A DNA stretch of 63,607 nt, counting the filler, from Octopus bimaculoides (Eukaryota): assembly GCF_001194135.2 (NCBI RefSeq). It is 5 parts of 5 records of this genome, joined end to end, with 100 filler letters (N's around TTAATTAATTAA, not from the genome) between each part and the next. Parts side by side here need not be neighbours in the genome. Positions count along the whole stretch, not along the records: positions 1 to 28,225 come from NC_068990.1; 4 more parts are not named here. The stretch is one strand, 5' to 3'. Below are positions 12,485 through 24,761 of the stretch, piece by piece. The notes below the pieces were generated by a model. That model did no database searches, was not told where the DNA came from, and saw only the letters and a program-made list of their open reading frames with translations. Within the stretch, counting starts at the first letter, position 1. The number at the start of each line of letters is the position of its first letter. Made by a program: the position numbers and the translations under genes.

Positions 12485-12751
12485 GATATTTATATAAGCT
12501 TATGGCGATCACCGTGCAATGACTAAGGAAAATAGTCTAATAAAGGAGCATATAAGCCCACGACAGAAGGCTAATCCGCTGGTGTAAAGGTAACCCACTT
12601 GGTGGCGTTAACAAAGGGATGTGGGTTCGAGTCCCACGCGGTTAAGAAAGCCTTCTTCTTTTCTGTCGAGGGCTGATATGCCCCTTTATTGGACTATTTT
12701 CCTTAGTCATTGCACGGTTATCGCCATAAACTTTAAGCTTATATGAATACC
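12485..12751. mobile_element. Element with about 70-85 bp inverted repeats enclosing a tRNA-like head (12569-12644)
   Basis: Left arm tatggcgatcaccgtgcaatgactaagg..cgacagaa mirrors right arm ttctgtcg..cattgcacggttatcgccata; A-box TGGTGTAAAGG, B-box GGTTCGAGTCC, T-arm GTGGG/CCCAC. Confidence 0.75.
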
Positions 12752-12899
12752 ATTAATATATATATATATATATATATATTAATATTATTATTGTTATCAT
12801 CATCATCATCATCATCATTATTATTATTATTATTATTATTATTTGTATAAGCTTCGTGTATTTTTCCGGCGACTGCAACGGCGCAGCGGAGTACGTAAC

Positions 12900-13457
12900 T
12901 CTCATGTTGCCGGTGTTAAAATACCGTACAGTCGAGATAGCTAACCCTCAATCCCATTTGAGAGTAATGGACATCAATGTTTCGCCATTTTTGTGGCTTT
13001 TCAACATCACGTCCTCGGGATTATCCTGCCGACGGATTTCATTATAAAGTGTCCAAGCTACAACATTATGTCTCATCGGTAGATAATACAGTGATGGCAT
13101 TTTCGGACAACTTTTTATGATGTGGCTGATATCTTTAGTGTGAACTCCACAAAGTTTGCATCGATTTTCACATTTTACGGCTTTTCCTGCATCTCTATCC
13201 CTTTTGTGCATCAGGTACTTAGTTGATATTTCCTGTTCCTGGATTGCAAACGCATACCCTTCAAAGTGGGAGGTAGTAATCCGGCTACTGGTCCATGATA
13301 AACTTCTTTCATGATCGATGTTAATATCATCATGGAGCTTTCCACTAATATATCCATGCATAGTCTTCTGCTCATATACGCTCATCCTTTCAACTGATGA
13401 TACGTTGCAGTAGAGTGGTGCGATTTCTTTGGGCATGTATTCTAGGTTATCAGACAA
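12900..13457 (-). mobile_element. R4/Dong-like (RLE-type) non-LTR retrotransposon C-terminal fragment
   Basis: MHG..EGYAFAIQEQEISTKY..CKLCG..ISHIIKSC..MRHNVVA: CCHC finger and RHN motif typical of R2/R4-group elements. Confidence 0.78.
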
Positions 13458-13842
13458 AGAGCATGTATGTGTGTATGTATGTATGTATGTATGTATGTAT
13501 GAATTTATTTGTTAAGTTTATTTCTAGCACTGATTTTTGTTACAACATTTCGTGTCGAGACATCTCATTGTTTGTTTACATCTGACATCTCAATACGAAA
13601 CGTTGTAGCAAAAAATCAGTGGTGGCTATAGTTTTTATATAAATCTTTAGAAATAACCTTGACAAAATAATGTAAAAAGCATTGCTCACGCAGTAGAGCC
13701 TGGTGTTAACATTCAATATACTTTATAGTATATTATGGTTGCCTAACGAAATACCACGTACTACCAAGTCATTAATGTATGCATGAATGTACGTAGTGTG
13801 TATGTATGTATGTATGTATGTATGTATGCATGTATGTATAAT

Positions 13843-13976
13843 ACAGTTCTATATTTAAGAGATGAGGAATTATGTACATTATTTACATTATTTACAGTTG
13901 TCGGATATTTGTCCTTATCTTGTTTGCTGTAAACACAACGTTTCGGCTGATATACCCTCCACTACGCCATATGCCC
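13843..13976 (-). mobile_element. Internally deleted inverted copy of the tRNA-head/hammerhead element
   Basis: Minus strand reads GGGCATATGGCGTAGTGG-AGGGTATATCAGCCGAAACGTTGTGTT..tgtaaataatgt..; the head is joined to the tail at a TGG microhomology. Confidence 0.8.
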
Positions 13977-13978
13977 AC

Positions 13979-14224
13979 GGGCATATGGCGTAGTAGTTAA
14001 GAACGCAGGCTACTAACCCCAAGAATCCGAGTTCGATTCCAGGCAGTTGCCTGAAAAATAATAATAATAATAATAATAATAACATCGAAAAATACCTTAG
14101 GAATGAGAACCCAAGTTCGAAATTTCCCCAAGACACCTGATGAAGGCTGGAGGGTATATCAGCCGAAACGTTGTGTTAACAACAAACATGATGACCACAA
14201 ATATCCATCAGCTGTAAATAATGT
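13979..14224 (+). mobile_element. tRNA-derived SINE-like element with (AAT)n spacer and hammerhead-containing tail
   Basis: A-box TGGCGTAGTAG (13986-13996), B-box GAGTTCGATTCC (14029-14040), loop CTACTAA, (AAT)n at about 14058-14082, HHR at 14132-14177. Confidence 0.8.
14132..14177 (+). ncRNA. Minimal type I hammerhead ribozyme motif
   Basis: GACAC-CUGAUGA-A-GGCUG(GAGGGUAUAU)CAGCC-GAAAC-GUU-GUGUU: stem I GACAC/GUGUU, 5-bp stem II, loopless palindromic stem III AACGUU. Confidence 0.75.
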
Positions 14225-16216
14225 ATGTATATATGTATGTATGTATGTAGATTTATAGGTAGGTAGATCGCTAAGTAGGTAGATATGCATGCATGCATGT
14301 ATACAGGCATGAAATAAGACAACCAAGGAACTGTTCAAAATGGGCACCAAACTACAATACATGAATATAAATGTTGCATCTGCAACAAAAAATGCACATC
14401 GCTTGCTCTAAGAGCTCTTACGAGTTCTAAGAGCTCTTACTGAAAAAGAAAAACAAAACAGAAACGAGATGACTTGTCAGCGATGGCTATACTAATGTAA
14501 TGAATCAATAGTTACCATGTATGTATGTATGTATGTATGTATGTATGTATGTATGTATGTATGGAAGTACCTATGTATTTATGTATGTATGTATGTTTAT
14601 ATGTAAGCATTAATGTGTGTCTGAATATGTGTACGTATGAATATGTGTACGTATGAATATGTATCGGCAATGTCCATCAGCGAGGAAATTGATAAACTGG
14701 AGATCCTAGCTGACATTTGTCACCAATGATATATCCGGTGAAAGCATAACCAACGAAGACACTGTTTACCAGTTGTACTGATAACGCCGTAGTTTACCAA
14801 TTATTATATTGGACAATATAAATATGTGTGAAAGATAATCACTGAGAGTGTGAGAAAAACTCATTAAAACATGGTATACGGCTATTTAGGCTTTAGCTAA
14901 TTACTCATCCTGTTTTGGAGGTTTTCCTCTAAGTAATAAAACAGCCAACCTTCAGTGTGACTCTGATCCGTTGTTGTTGTCTTTTATCTCCATGTCTGCT
15001 TTGACGAGCAGACATTCGATCAAAGGTAATCCAATTGTGAATATCCTATCTTTTTCCTAGGACCACATTATCAAATGTTTCCTTTTTTTCCTGGACGGTC
15101 AAGTGTGATTTTGATTGAAATCTGGCTGCTATTTCTACGAGATTAAGCTACTACGAACATACCCCCTCGCTGGCTAATTGTATTGTTTAATCCTAGATCA
15201 TCCATCTTTTGAGCAAACAGATAATTAAAGACGTTCCAATACTGATCATCCCATTTTATTTTAATTATATCAGGAACTACATTAGGCAATATATTTCCCT
15301 TGGTTGGGTATGACTTTACAAAGATTTCACCGCCATTTAATGCAGATCGAGCGACTACTGGTTCCTTTTAGGCGATTGTAGGATAGCCAATCTTCTGGTA
15401 TTTTAATGTATACAAAACTGCCTGTGATCCTCACGTGATATGAAGGTTGCTTATCCAATAAAACAGTTATAAGTTCAAACTTTGACAGACTGAATTGACA
15501 GAACCTATTGAATGTAATTCAGTAGCGTGATACCCGGTAAGTGGATAGTTTCGCCTCCCGTTATAGGAATTTTTTCCAATTTAAGTCATACTTATAAATG
15601 TGTTGCATGTAATTAAATTTGACAATCTTAACTGTTCTCCAGTTTCACTTGGAAACTAAAGGACCTTGGAACCTAATATCTCCTCATAATATGAAATATT
15701 GTGAACCATCATTCCATACTCTATCGGGGCTGTAAATTATAGATTATACTTTACTGACATATTCCCATACTTGAAAGAGATGTGAATATCACTGAACAAG
15801 AAGATCCGATATACTGTCGGTGTGTAACCCAAGACCTTTTCTTATGGAATTTTTCCATCCGAAGAACTCGCTGGATTTGCTTAATTTGCAAAGTCGGGAT
15901 ACCCAAACAGATGCAAGGTCGTTTACCTGACATGCACTTTTCAATCCCCAGTTCTCTCCTCTATATAGTATCGCAGAGTAAGTTAATATCTATGGAATTC
16001 GTGATGAAACTTACCATCTTAACAACTAATGAAGATCGACCTGACTGCCATCTTTTCAACAAAATTTATTCATCCCAACATTGTCCAACTGACTGAACAT
16101 AACTGGTATAAAACTTTGGGTAGTAATGGGGTGCATCACCAACTAATAAATATCAATTCTATACAAATAATGGAGTTCATGTTTTTCGTTTGTGTGTGTG
16201 TGTGTGTGTGTGTGTA

Positions 16217-17515
16217 CAGGGTGCGATGGGAATATTGTCGCCATTTTATATTCTTAATTTCGCGCACGCCCATTATTCGTTTTTGATTTTGTCGACTACA
16301 CGGTATAGTAGGATCAGTTGGGCGTCGTCTGTGAGAAAAACAGCACCATGACGCAATTCATGTTGCCAGAAATTTCGAAACGACATGCTGTACTGCTTGG
16401 GATTTGCACTGGAAGCTCCAATACAAACATTTCAGAGTGTTTGGGTGTCAATCTGAGGAGAGTGCAGAGGATTCGGAAAGAGTTGGATGAGCCTTATGGT
16501 GATTACGGAGATACGATAGCTCGGAAAACCCACTCTGATCGTTCTGATAAGAAAAGAACTCCTGAATTTATTGGTAAGATCCAGGCCATGATTGACAACG
16601 ATCCCTCCAAGTCAATCAGGTCCATCACCAGGGACATGGGTGTGTCTGAGTTTCTTATCAGGCAGGGAGTACATGAAGACAGTCGGTATTCCTCATACAA
16701 GATGAGAAAGGGCCAATTTTTATCCTAAGTTATCAAGGACAAGAGGAAAGACCGCGCTATGATACTTTTGAACAAGCTCAAGCATCCCCTACAACCGAAC
16801 ATGTTTTGGTTTTTCTCAGACGAGAAACATTTCCATCAGGATCAGGTGGTGAACACACAGAACCACCGTTGGCTTGTCGTTGCCCCAAAACATTACCGAG
16901 AGTGATAAAAATCACACATACAGTCAAAATCATGGTGTTTGGAGTGATCACCAGTGATGGTGACGTTATGCCTTCATTCATCTTCCTACACGGCCTCAAA
17001 ATCAACACAGAGGCCTACATCAAGTGTCTGGAGGAGGTAATGCTACCCTGGGTCAAGATAGTGGTTGCTGGAAGACTCGAGGTCTGACAACAGGACTCTA
17101 CACCATGCCACACAAGCACGAGATCCCAGTCATGTCTGTCAGACAATTTCCGCGACAACATCACCCCTAACATCTGACCACCTAACTGCCCAAACTGCAA
17201 CCCCCTTGATTATTATGTGTGGGGAACAGTTGCGTGAGAGACCAACAAAGCTCCTTATAACACCAAAGATGAACTGAAGGCAAAGATTATGGCAGCATTC
17301 CCCAACTTAAACAAGGAGACCGCCAAAAAGAGTTGCCGGAGATTACGAAGTCGTCTGGAGGTCATTATTGAAGCCAATGGCTATTTTATTGAATAAATTT
17401 ACTCTTTAGCATTTCATGATATTTTTATGCATTTTTGGTAAATATATCTGTTAAAATGAGATGTCAATGATATTTGCATTTTTGTGTAATTTAGACAATA
17501 TATTCATCGCACCCT
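16217..17515 (+). mobile_element. Tc1/mariner DD37D (maT-like) transposon, full length but inactivated
   Basis: TA|cagggtgcgatgggaatattgtc left end; gacaatatattcatcgcaccct right end (abuts gap); transposase 16348-17396 with FSDEK, MVFGVI, QQD-x37-D (counted), several stops and a frameshift. Confidence 0.9.
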
Positions 17516-19340
17516 NNNNNNNNNNNNNNNNNNNNNNNNNNNNNNNNNNNNNNNNNNNNNNNNNNNNNNNNNNNNNNNNNNNNNNNNNNNNNNNNNNNNN
17601 NNNNNNNNNNNNNNNNNNNNNNNNNNNNNNNNNNNNNNNNNNNNNNNNNNNNNNNNNNNNNNNNNNNNNNNNNNNNNNNNNNNNNNNNNNNNNNNNNNNN
17701 NNNNNNNNNNNNNNNNNNNNNNNNNNNNNNNNNNNNNNNNNNNNNNNNNNNNNNNNNNNNNNNNNNNNNNNNNNNNNNNNNNNNNNNNNNNNNNNNNNNN
17801 NNNNNNNNNNNNNNNNNNNNNNNNNNNNNNNNNNNNNNNNNNNNNNNNNNNNNNNNNNNNNNNNNNNNNNNNNNNNNNNNNNACATACAAAACAAATGTA
17901 TATATGAACAAAACTAAACCACACCAGACGTGCGGTCAAAATATTTACAAAGGGAACATATATATATACAGTTCAGAAATTCGGACTCAGAATCCCGGCT
18001 TCACCAACTTTATTTCACAAACTTGGATCCGTAACTCTGGATTCACAAATTTTGGTTTCACCAAAATTGGCCTCATACAAAAACTGGCCTCACAAATTTG
18101 GTTTTCAAAAAATATGGATTCCGAAAATTTGGATTTCATAAAATCTGGATTTCCATTTTAGTACAAATTCGGTTTTCGAACCTTGGACCTAAACATAAAT
18201 AAATCTAATGTCAAAGCAACCAGTTTAACTAAAAGTTCCTGACAAACGGCTGCCAGACCGCATCAACAATTATTGAAAAAAATTAAATTGTCACACAAAA
18301 ATGTAGTTTGCTTTAGATTCACACAAAACTGCTTCATACAAGTATGCTGAGACAAAATTTACAGTTAGTTGTCTAATACAAAAAATTGGCTATACGAAAA
18401 AATTAAATTCATACACTCTTTAGCTCTTTAAACAAATTGTAACATTTATCTTAACAGAAAATAGCTAGCAAAATTACAACACAACCTACCACAAATGCAG
18501 GGTTCGAAATTCACATAAATATAATAACGTAACATAACTTGAGAGCTTTTTTTTTTTTTGTATTCACCCAGATGTGACACGGAAATTATTTTAAATCTGG
18601 CAAAAGTTCTGGCGAATTCCTGAAGCAAATCCCTAAATGCCTAATACAAAGCACAATGTGCATAAACTAAACAGGCAACCATAGCTTCCACAATCCAATT
18701 GAACAACTTTGTCTCACAGAAAAAAAAAAACTGTCACAAAAACTGGGGGTGGGGGTACAATTATCTCTGCTTATAAAGGTTTGCCAAAGTCTAGCCAATT
18801 TGTTATAGTTTCACAGTTTTGGCCAGTAACACTTAACTTCCCCCATTTTGACAATGGACTTCACCCTGACCTTACAGTGCAGCATGAAAATCTGTTTGCC
18901 TGTTTAACTTAACATTATAATTTATAATTTCCTAACAAAATACACATATATATGTATATATACAATATATGTGTGTGTGTATGTATATAAACATCACTGT
19001 ATCACTGTATCGACCAAACTATCAGATGTTGTTCTACAACGCTGGTCACAATGCGTTTCCTCGCATTGTTGTACCTTTCGAATAATGCTACCTCGCTTTG
19101 TAGAAGAGCAGGTCAAAGTTTCCCCTGAACGGAACGCCAGTCCATTGCAAGGTTATCAACTCACGGTTGAGTGAACTGAACAATGAGATCATGAGTACAA
19201 AAAATATTTTCGGCTTTGATAAATTAGAATTTCATTCTGTCTTAGGTATTTAAGTACTATTTTTCACACTTTGTTTTGCAATAATGTGCTTACTTGTGTG
19301 TATGTGTGTGTGTGCATGCATATATATGTATGTATGAGTG

Positions 19341-19385
<45 letters not shown>

Positions 19386-19388
<3 letters not shown>

Positions 19389-19868
19389 TTTTATTCTTTT
19401 ACTTGTTTCAGTCATTTGACTGCAGCCGTGCTGGAGCACCGCCCTAAAGGGTTTCAGTGGAACAAATCTACCCCAGAATTTATGCTTTGTAAGCTTAGTA
19501 CTTATTCCATCGGTTACTTTTGCCGAACCACTATGTTACGGGGACATAAACACACCAGCATCGGTTGTCAAGCGATGGCACATATATATATATATATNNN
19601 NNNNNNNNNNNNNNNNNNNNNNNNNNNNNNNNNNNNNNNNNNNNNNNNNNNNNNNNNNNNNNNNNNNNNNNNNNNNNNNNNNNNNNNNNNNNNNNNNNNN
19701 NNNNNNNNNNNNNNNNNNNNNNNNNNNNNNCTACCAAATCCATCCACAAGGCTTTGATCTGCCCGACGCTATAGCAGAAGACACTTGGCCAAGGTGCCAC
19801 GGTAGTGGGACTGAAGCTGAAACCATGTGGCTGGGAAGCAAGCATTTTACCGCACAGTCACGCCTGCA
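19386..19868 (-). mobile_element. tRNA-derived SINE family C with internal microsatellite (spans a gap)
   Basis: cttttacttgtttcagtcatttgactgc..gctggagcacc..catcggttgtcaagcgatg and agaagacacttggccaaggtgccac..; shared with the other family C copies. Confidence 0.8.
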
Positions 19869-19884
19869 CATATATATATATATA

Positions 19885-19939
<55 letters not shown>

Positions 19940-20941
19940 GCGCGCGCGCCTATATATATATATATATATATATATTATGTATGTATGTATGTATGTATGT
20001 ATACGCACACACATGAAAATTCTCTTTCCATGAAAAGCATATAGTTAATTGCAGGCTATCATAATGAATGTGGTGGAAAATCTTTTGATATTTTAAGCAT
20101 AACGAGGCAAACAACCATTGACATAAATGAAGATTACTCAGAAAAGGAGAGAACTCACAAAGAATTAACCGAAATCTATGGAACAATGTAGGAATGAACC
20201 TGATTCTCAGTAACCATGGCAACAATTACAAACATGTTTCAGTCTTTTTAGACCTCTTCAGTGAGACATTCAACTTAAAGCTACCTGATCCAGAATGATT
20301 TGGGAGTATATAGATTCCTTGTGTGAAAATAATTATCTAATTATGCAATTTAATTGAACAACAATGAGAAATTTATCCAGGATGCCATCTACAGGCTTAC
20401 CGTTTTTGTTCCGACACTTTGCTTTTCTGAGTTCAAACTTCAAATCCCACCGAGGGCAACTTTTTCATTTATCTATTCGGGGCCTATAAAATAAAATGCC
20501 AGTATAGGGCATTGGAATGCCAGAATTGTTGGAGAGCTAGATGGAATGCATTGTAGTATGTATTGCGACTCTATGCGTTCTGATTTCAAATCATACTGGA
20601 GGAAGGAAGAAAATGATCTGTAACATTTCTATCAAGAGTTGCGACCAACAGATAATATCAGCGGGAAAGCCATTGGAAATGGATTTACCTTGGTTTCACT
20701 ATACTTGAGGGGTCTGAAAAAGAGGGAAACATATCCGGGGCTGTCACCATGGCTGCCAAAGATTTGACTAGTTAAATTTCAGTCAACTGAAATTTCAAAA
20801 TTTCTCTCCCTTGCAGACTTTAAGAGTAATTATATTTCAATAATTTAACACTTTTCTGCTCAATACAGTTTTAATTTTAAACCGATTACAATTAGTTTTG
20901 GCTTACCACATTGAATACAGTAGCTTGCATTTTACTATATT

Positions 20942-20978
<37 letters not shown>

Positions 20979-21216
20979 ATGTTTGTATGTGTGCGCAAAT
21001 ATACAATCACACACACACTTACACATATACGTATATATACATGCGTGTACACACACGCGTGCTCACACAGATCTCTCTATATGTACACATCTGTTCGTAT
21101 GTATGTATGTATGAATGTACGTATGATGTATATAAGTATGTATGTAGATGAATGTGTGCACGTGCATATATACACTAACATGCGCGTGTGCATATATCTA
21201 TCTACATACATACAAA

Positions 21217-21237
21217 GAGAGGGAGAGAGAGAGAGAG

Positions 21238-21271
<34 letters not shown>

Positions 21272-21375
21272 GAAGAAAGCGACAGCGAGAGAAGAGAGAG
21301 AAAAGGGAGAAGAAAGAAAGAAGAGAGATAGAAGAGGGAGAGGGAAGATAGAGAGGGAGACAAGAGAGAGAGAGG

Positions 21376-21445
<70 letters not shown>
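21217..21445. repeat. (GA)n/(GAAA)n microsatellite tract
   Basis: Direct reading. Confidence 0.95.
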
Positions 21446-21448
<3 letters not shown>

Positions 21449-21609
21449 GAGTGAGAAGAGAAACAAATGAACAAAGGAAAGACTGAAAAGAAGAGAGAGT
21501 ACGAGAAATAAACGCTAGCAGACGACTCTGTCAGCGAGTAAGGTAAAAGTAGTGAAACTACTGTGTATGTACACACATATATCTGGCACTGAGCGTTATC
21601 TTTTATATA

Positions 21610-21759
21610 TGTGATCGAGCGTGTGTAAGCATGCGTTTGTGAAGACGATCTCCAACATCAGGACGTCGACCACAACAATAACAAGCACCAGCACAGCTAT
21701 ACAGCCATTAGAGCCACCAAATTCACCGCCATCACCGCCAACTCGGTCATCATCAGCGG
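21610..21759 (+). other. Candidate upstream (probably 5' UTR) exon of a host gene
   Basis: GC-richer island ending in donor CGG|GTGAGT at 21759/21760; the start coordinate is a guess. Confidence 0.35.
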
Positions 21760-21988
21760 GTGAGTGTTTCAAGTGACGGCAAACGTATTCATTGAGCGGT
21801 GGGAGAACTTTTGTTGTCACCATCATGATTAATCCTATTTGCTGAGATTAACGTGGAGAGTAACGACATACAATACGTATATACATACATGCATAAATTT
21901 ATACGTACAGACATATATATATATATATATATATATATGTATACACATATATAAATAGATAGATAGGTAGATACGGAGATAGAGAGTA

Positions 21989-22034
<46 letters not shown>

Positions 22035-22254
22035 AGGTTGAAAGAGGGAGAGAGTGATATGCAGATATACAGAGAATAACGTTGATTTTTGCTTGGACTG
22101 CTGCTAATCTGGAAGGAAGCCGTAAGACTGGAACTATTGGATTACACTGGATTATCGGAGACGTTCGAACTGGAAGCAATGTAGTCATATACTGAGACAA
22201 AGCATCCTTTCTTCCCTCAAAACCACACACATTCACACACACACACACACAGCA

Positions 22255-22306
<52 letters not shown>

Positions 22307-22343
22307 TTGCTATTCTCTATCTGTACTTGTGTGTTTGTGTGTG

Positions 22344-22414
<71 letters not shown>

Positions 22415-22587
22415 ATATACATACACGTATATATATACATATATATCTATGCGCATGTGTGTGTACGTGCCTGTCACTTACTTCCGTACCTTCCTCCAAT
22501 TCCATCCATCCATACAAACACACAAACATACTTTCACTTTCTCTCAATCCCTCTCCCTCACTGTTTTTCTATCCCACTGACACAAAG

Positions 22588-22681
22588 ATGCGGTTGATAC
22601 TCACAACATCACCACCTTTAATGGTGTCCCTCGGTGTATTACTGTTGGTGTCATTGCTGCTGCTGCTACCGTCAAAACCAG
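22588..22681 (+). CDS. Candidate first coding exon encoding a signal peptide (MRLILTTSPPLMVSLGVLLLVSLLLLLPSKP, phase-1 intron)
   Basis: Pyrimidine tract + AG directly before ATG at 22588; donor CAG|GTAAGT at 22681/22682; n-h-c hydrophobic architecture. Confidence 0.55.
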
Positions 22682-22787
22682 GTAAGTTCGTTTCGTTATC
22701 TTACGAACAGAGGCAAACAGACAGACAGGAATACAGACAGACACACGTACACGCACACACACATATGTATGTATGCATGTATATATA

Positions 22788-22823
<36 letters not shown>

Positions 22824-23739
22824 TGTATGTATGTATGTATGTATCTTGTTATCTACCTATATATACACAAACAGACACCCTCCCATGCACACACACGCAC
22901 AGGAGTATTGTCACAGTTGACTGACGGGCTGTACGTATGTGTTTGTATGTGTGTGTGTATCCATAACTACCTGTAAGTATGTATGTATATATGTATACAT
23001 ATGTGTATATATGTGTATCTATATATATGTATGTATGTATATATACATGTATATATATGNNNNNNNNNNNNNNNNNNNNNNNNNNNNNNNNNNNNNNNNN
23101 NNNNNNNNNNNNNNNNNNNNNNNNNNNNNNNNNNNNNNNNNNNNNNNNNNNNNNNNNNNNNNNNNNNNNNNNNNNNNNNNNNNNNNNNNNNNNNNNNNNN
23201 NNNNNNNNNNNNNNNNNNNNNNNNNNNNNNNNNNNNNNNNNNNNNNNNNNNNNNNNNNNNNNNNNNNNNNNNNNNNNNNNNNNNNNNNNNNNNNNNNNNN
23301 NNNNNNNNNNNTATATATATATATACTGTATATGTAAGTATATATGTATATGTGTGTGTGTGTGTACGCACACCTACACACATATAAAGGGGACGAGGGG
23401 AGAAATAGACAAAGGGAGGAGAAAGTGAGAGACAGAGAGAGACAGAGAGACCAAAACAGAGAGATTGACGAACATTAGATTGAAAGATGTAGAATTGTGT
23501 GTAGAAACAAAGCTAGAGGTGCATCAACATGTTTGTGAAATTGTAATCTGTGCGTATATTATATGTATCGACTGTTATATATAGTCCTAAACATAAATTT
23601 GAAGTGCATATACGCGGTTGTGTTTATACTCATATATAAGACTACAAGCAAAAGCACACAGACACGCACATGCAGCCAATTGTTTTCTCTCTATATATCT
23701 CTCTCTCTATCTCTCTCTCTCTCTCTCTCGCTATCTCTT

Positions 23740-23775
<36 letters not shown>

Positions 23776-23789
23776 TCTCTCTCTCTTTT

Positions 23790-23826
<37 letters not shown>

Positions 23827-23927
23827 GTAAATATATATATGAATGTATGTACATACATTCNNNNNNNNNNCATACATTCATATATACATAGGGCATACAT
23901 ACACACACACACACACACACATATATG

Positions 23928-23988
<61 letters not shown>

Positions 23989-24694
23989 ACATATATGCGT
24001 ACATACGTACATATATGCATACGTACTTACACACATACATACATACATAAATACATACATACATATATATATACATATATATGTATGTATGTATATGGTG
24101 AGAGAGTGATATATACGTACGTATATCGATAAGCATATCAAAATTCCGTAATTCAGATCCAGTCCTAGATAAACACAGATGATAATGCACATATGTACTC
24201 AAGGTGTGCATAAGTATGTATGTCTCTCTGTATGTAAGATGCATGTACATATATTTGCATATATCTCTGTAGATATCTATACGTGTGTGTGTGTGTGTGT
24301 GTTTGCTTGTGTGCGTAAATGTATATATGTATGTATGCATATGTATATATGTGTGCATGGTAGTAAGTATATATAAGGTATATATAAGGTAAGACATGGA
24401 ATCCCAAAAACAAATGATAGTCTGCGCCACCGTTATTGTGACAGTAGCATTTATATTTCAAATTCAAGAATCAGCCTCTATATTCTATCATTCAGAAGAG
24501 GTACAAATGTCCGAAGCGTTGGACATTTGACTTCTCTCACCAAATCCACTCACTGCTGTAACTCTTTTTTTTTTCACTACTTCATCATATACATATACAT
24601 ACATACGTACCTACATGCACACACATACATACATAGACACGCACGTTTATATACAAACATATATATTTATGTGTGTATTTATACATATACACCG

Positions 24695-24761
<67 letters not shown>

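Noticed and set aside
12569-14052. Functional tRNA genes at 12569 and 13979
   Set aside because: Acceptor, anticodon or T stems are imperfect and both units are embedded in repeat structures; treated as SINE-like heads.
21217-21466. Glu/Arg-rich and Ser/Leu-rich ORFs
   Set aside because: (GA)n microsatellite.
21596-21826. Minus-strand ORF with a transmembrane-like stretch
   Set aside because: Better explained as antisense of an ACA/CCA-rich plus-strand segment ending in a strong donor; no minus-strand splice support.
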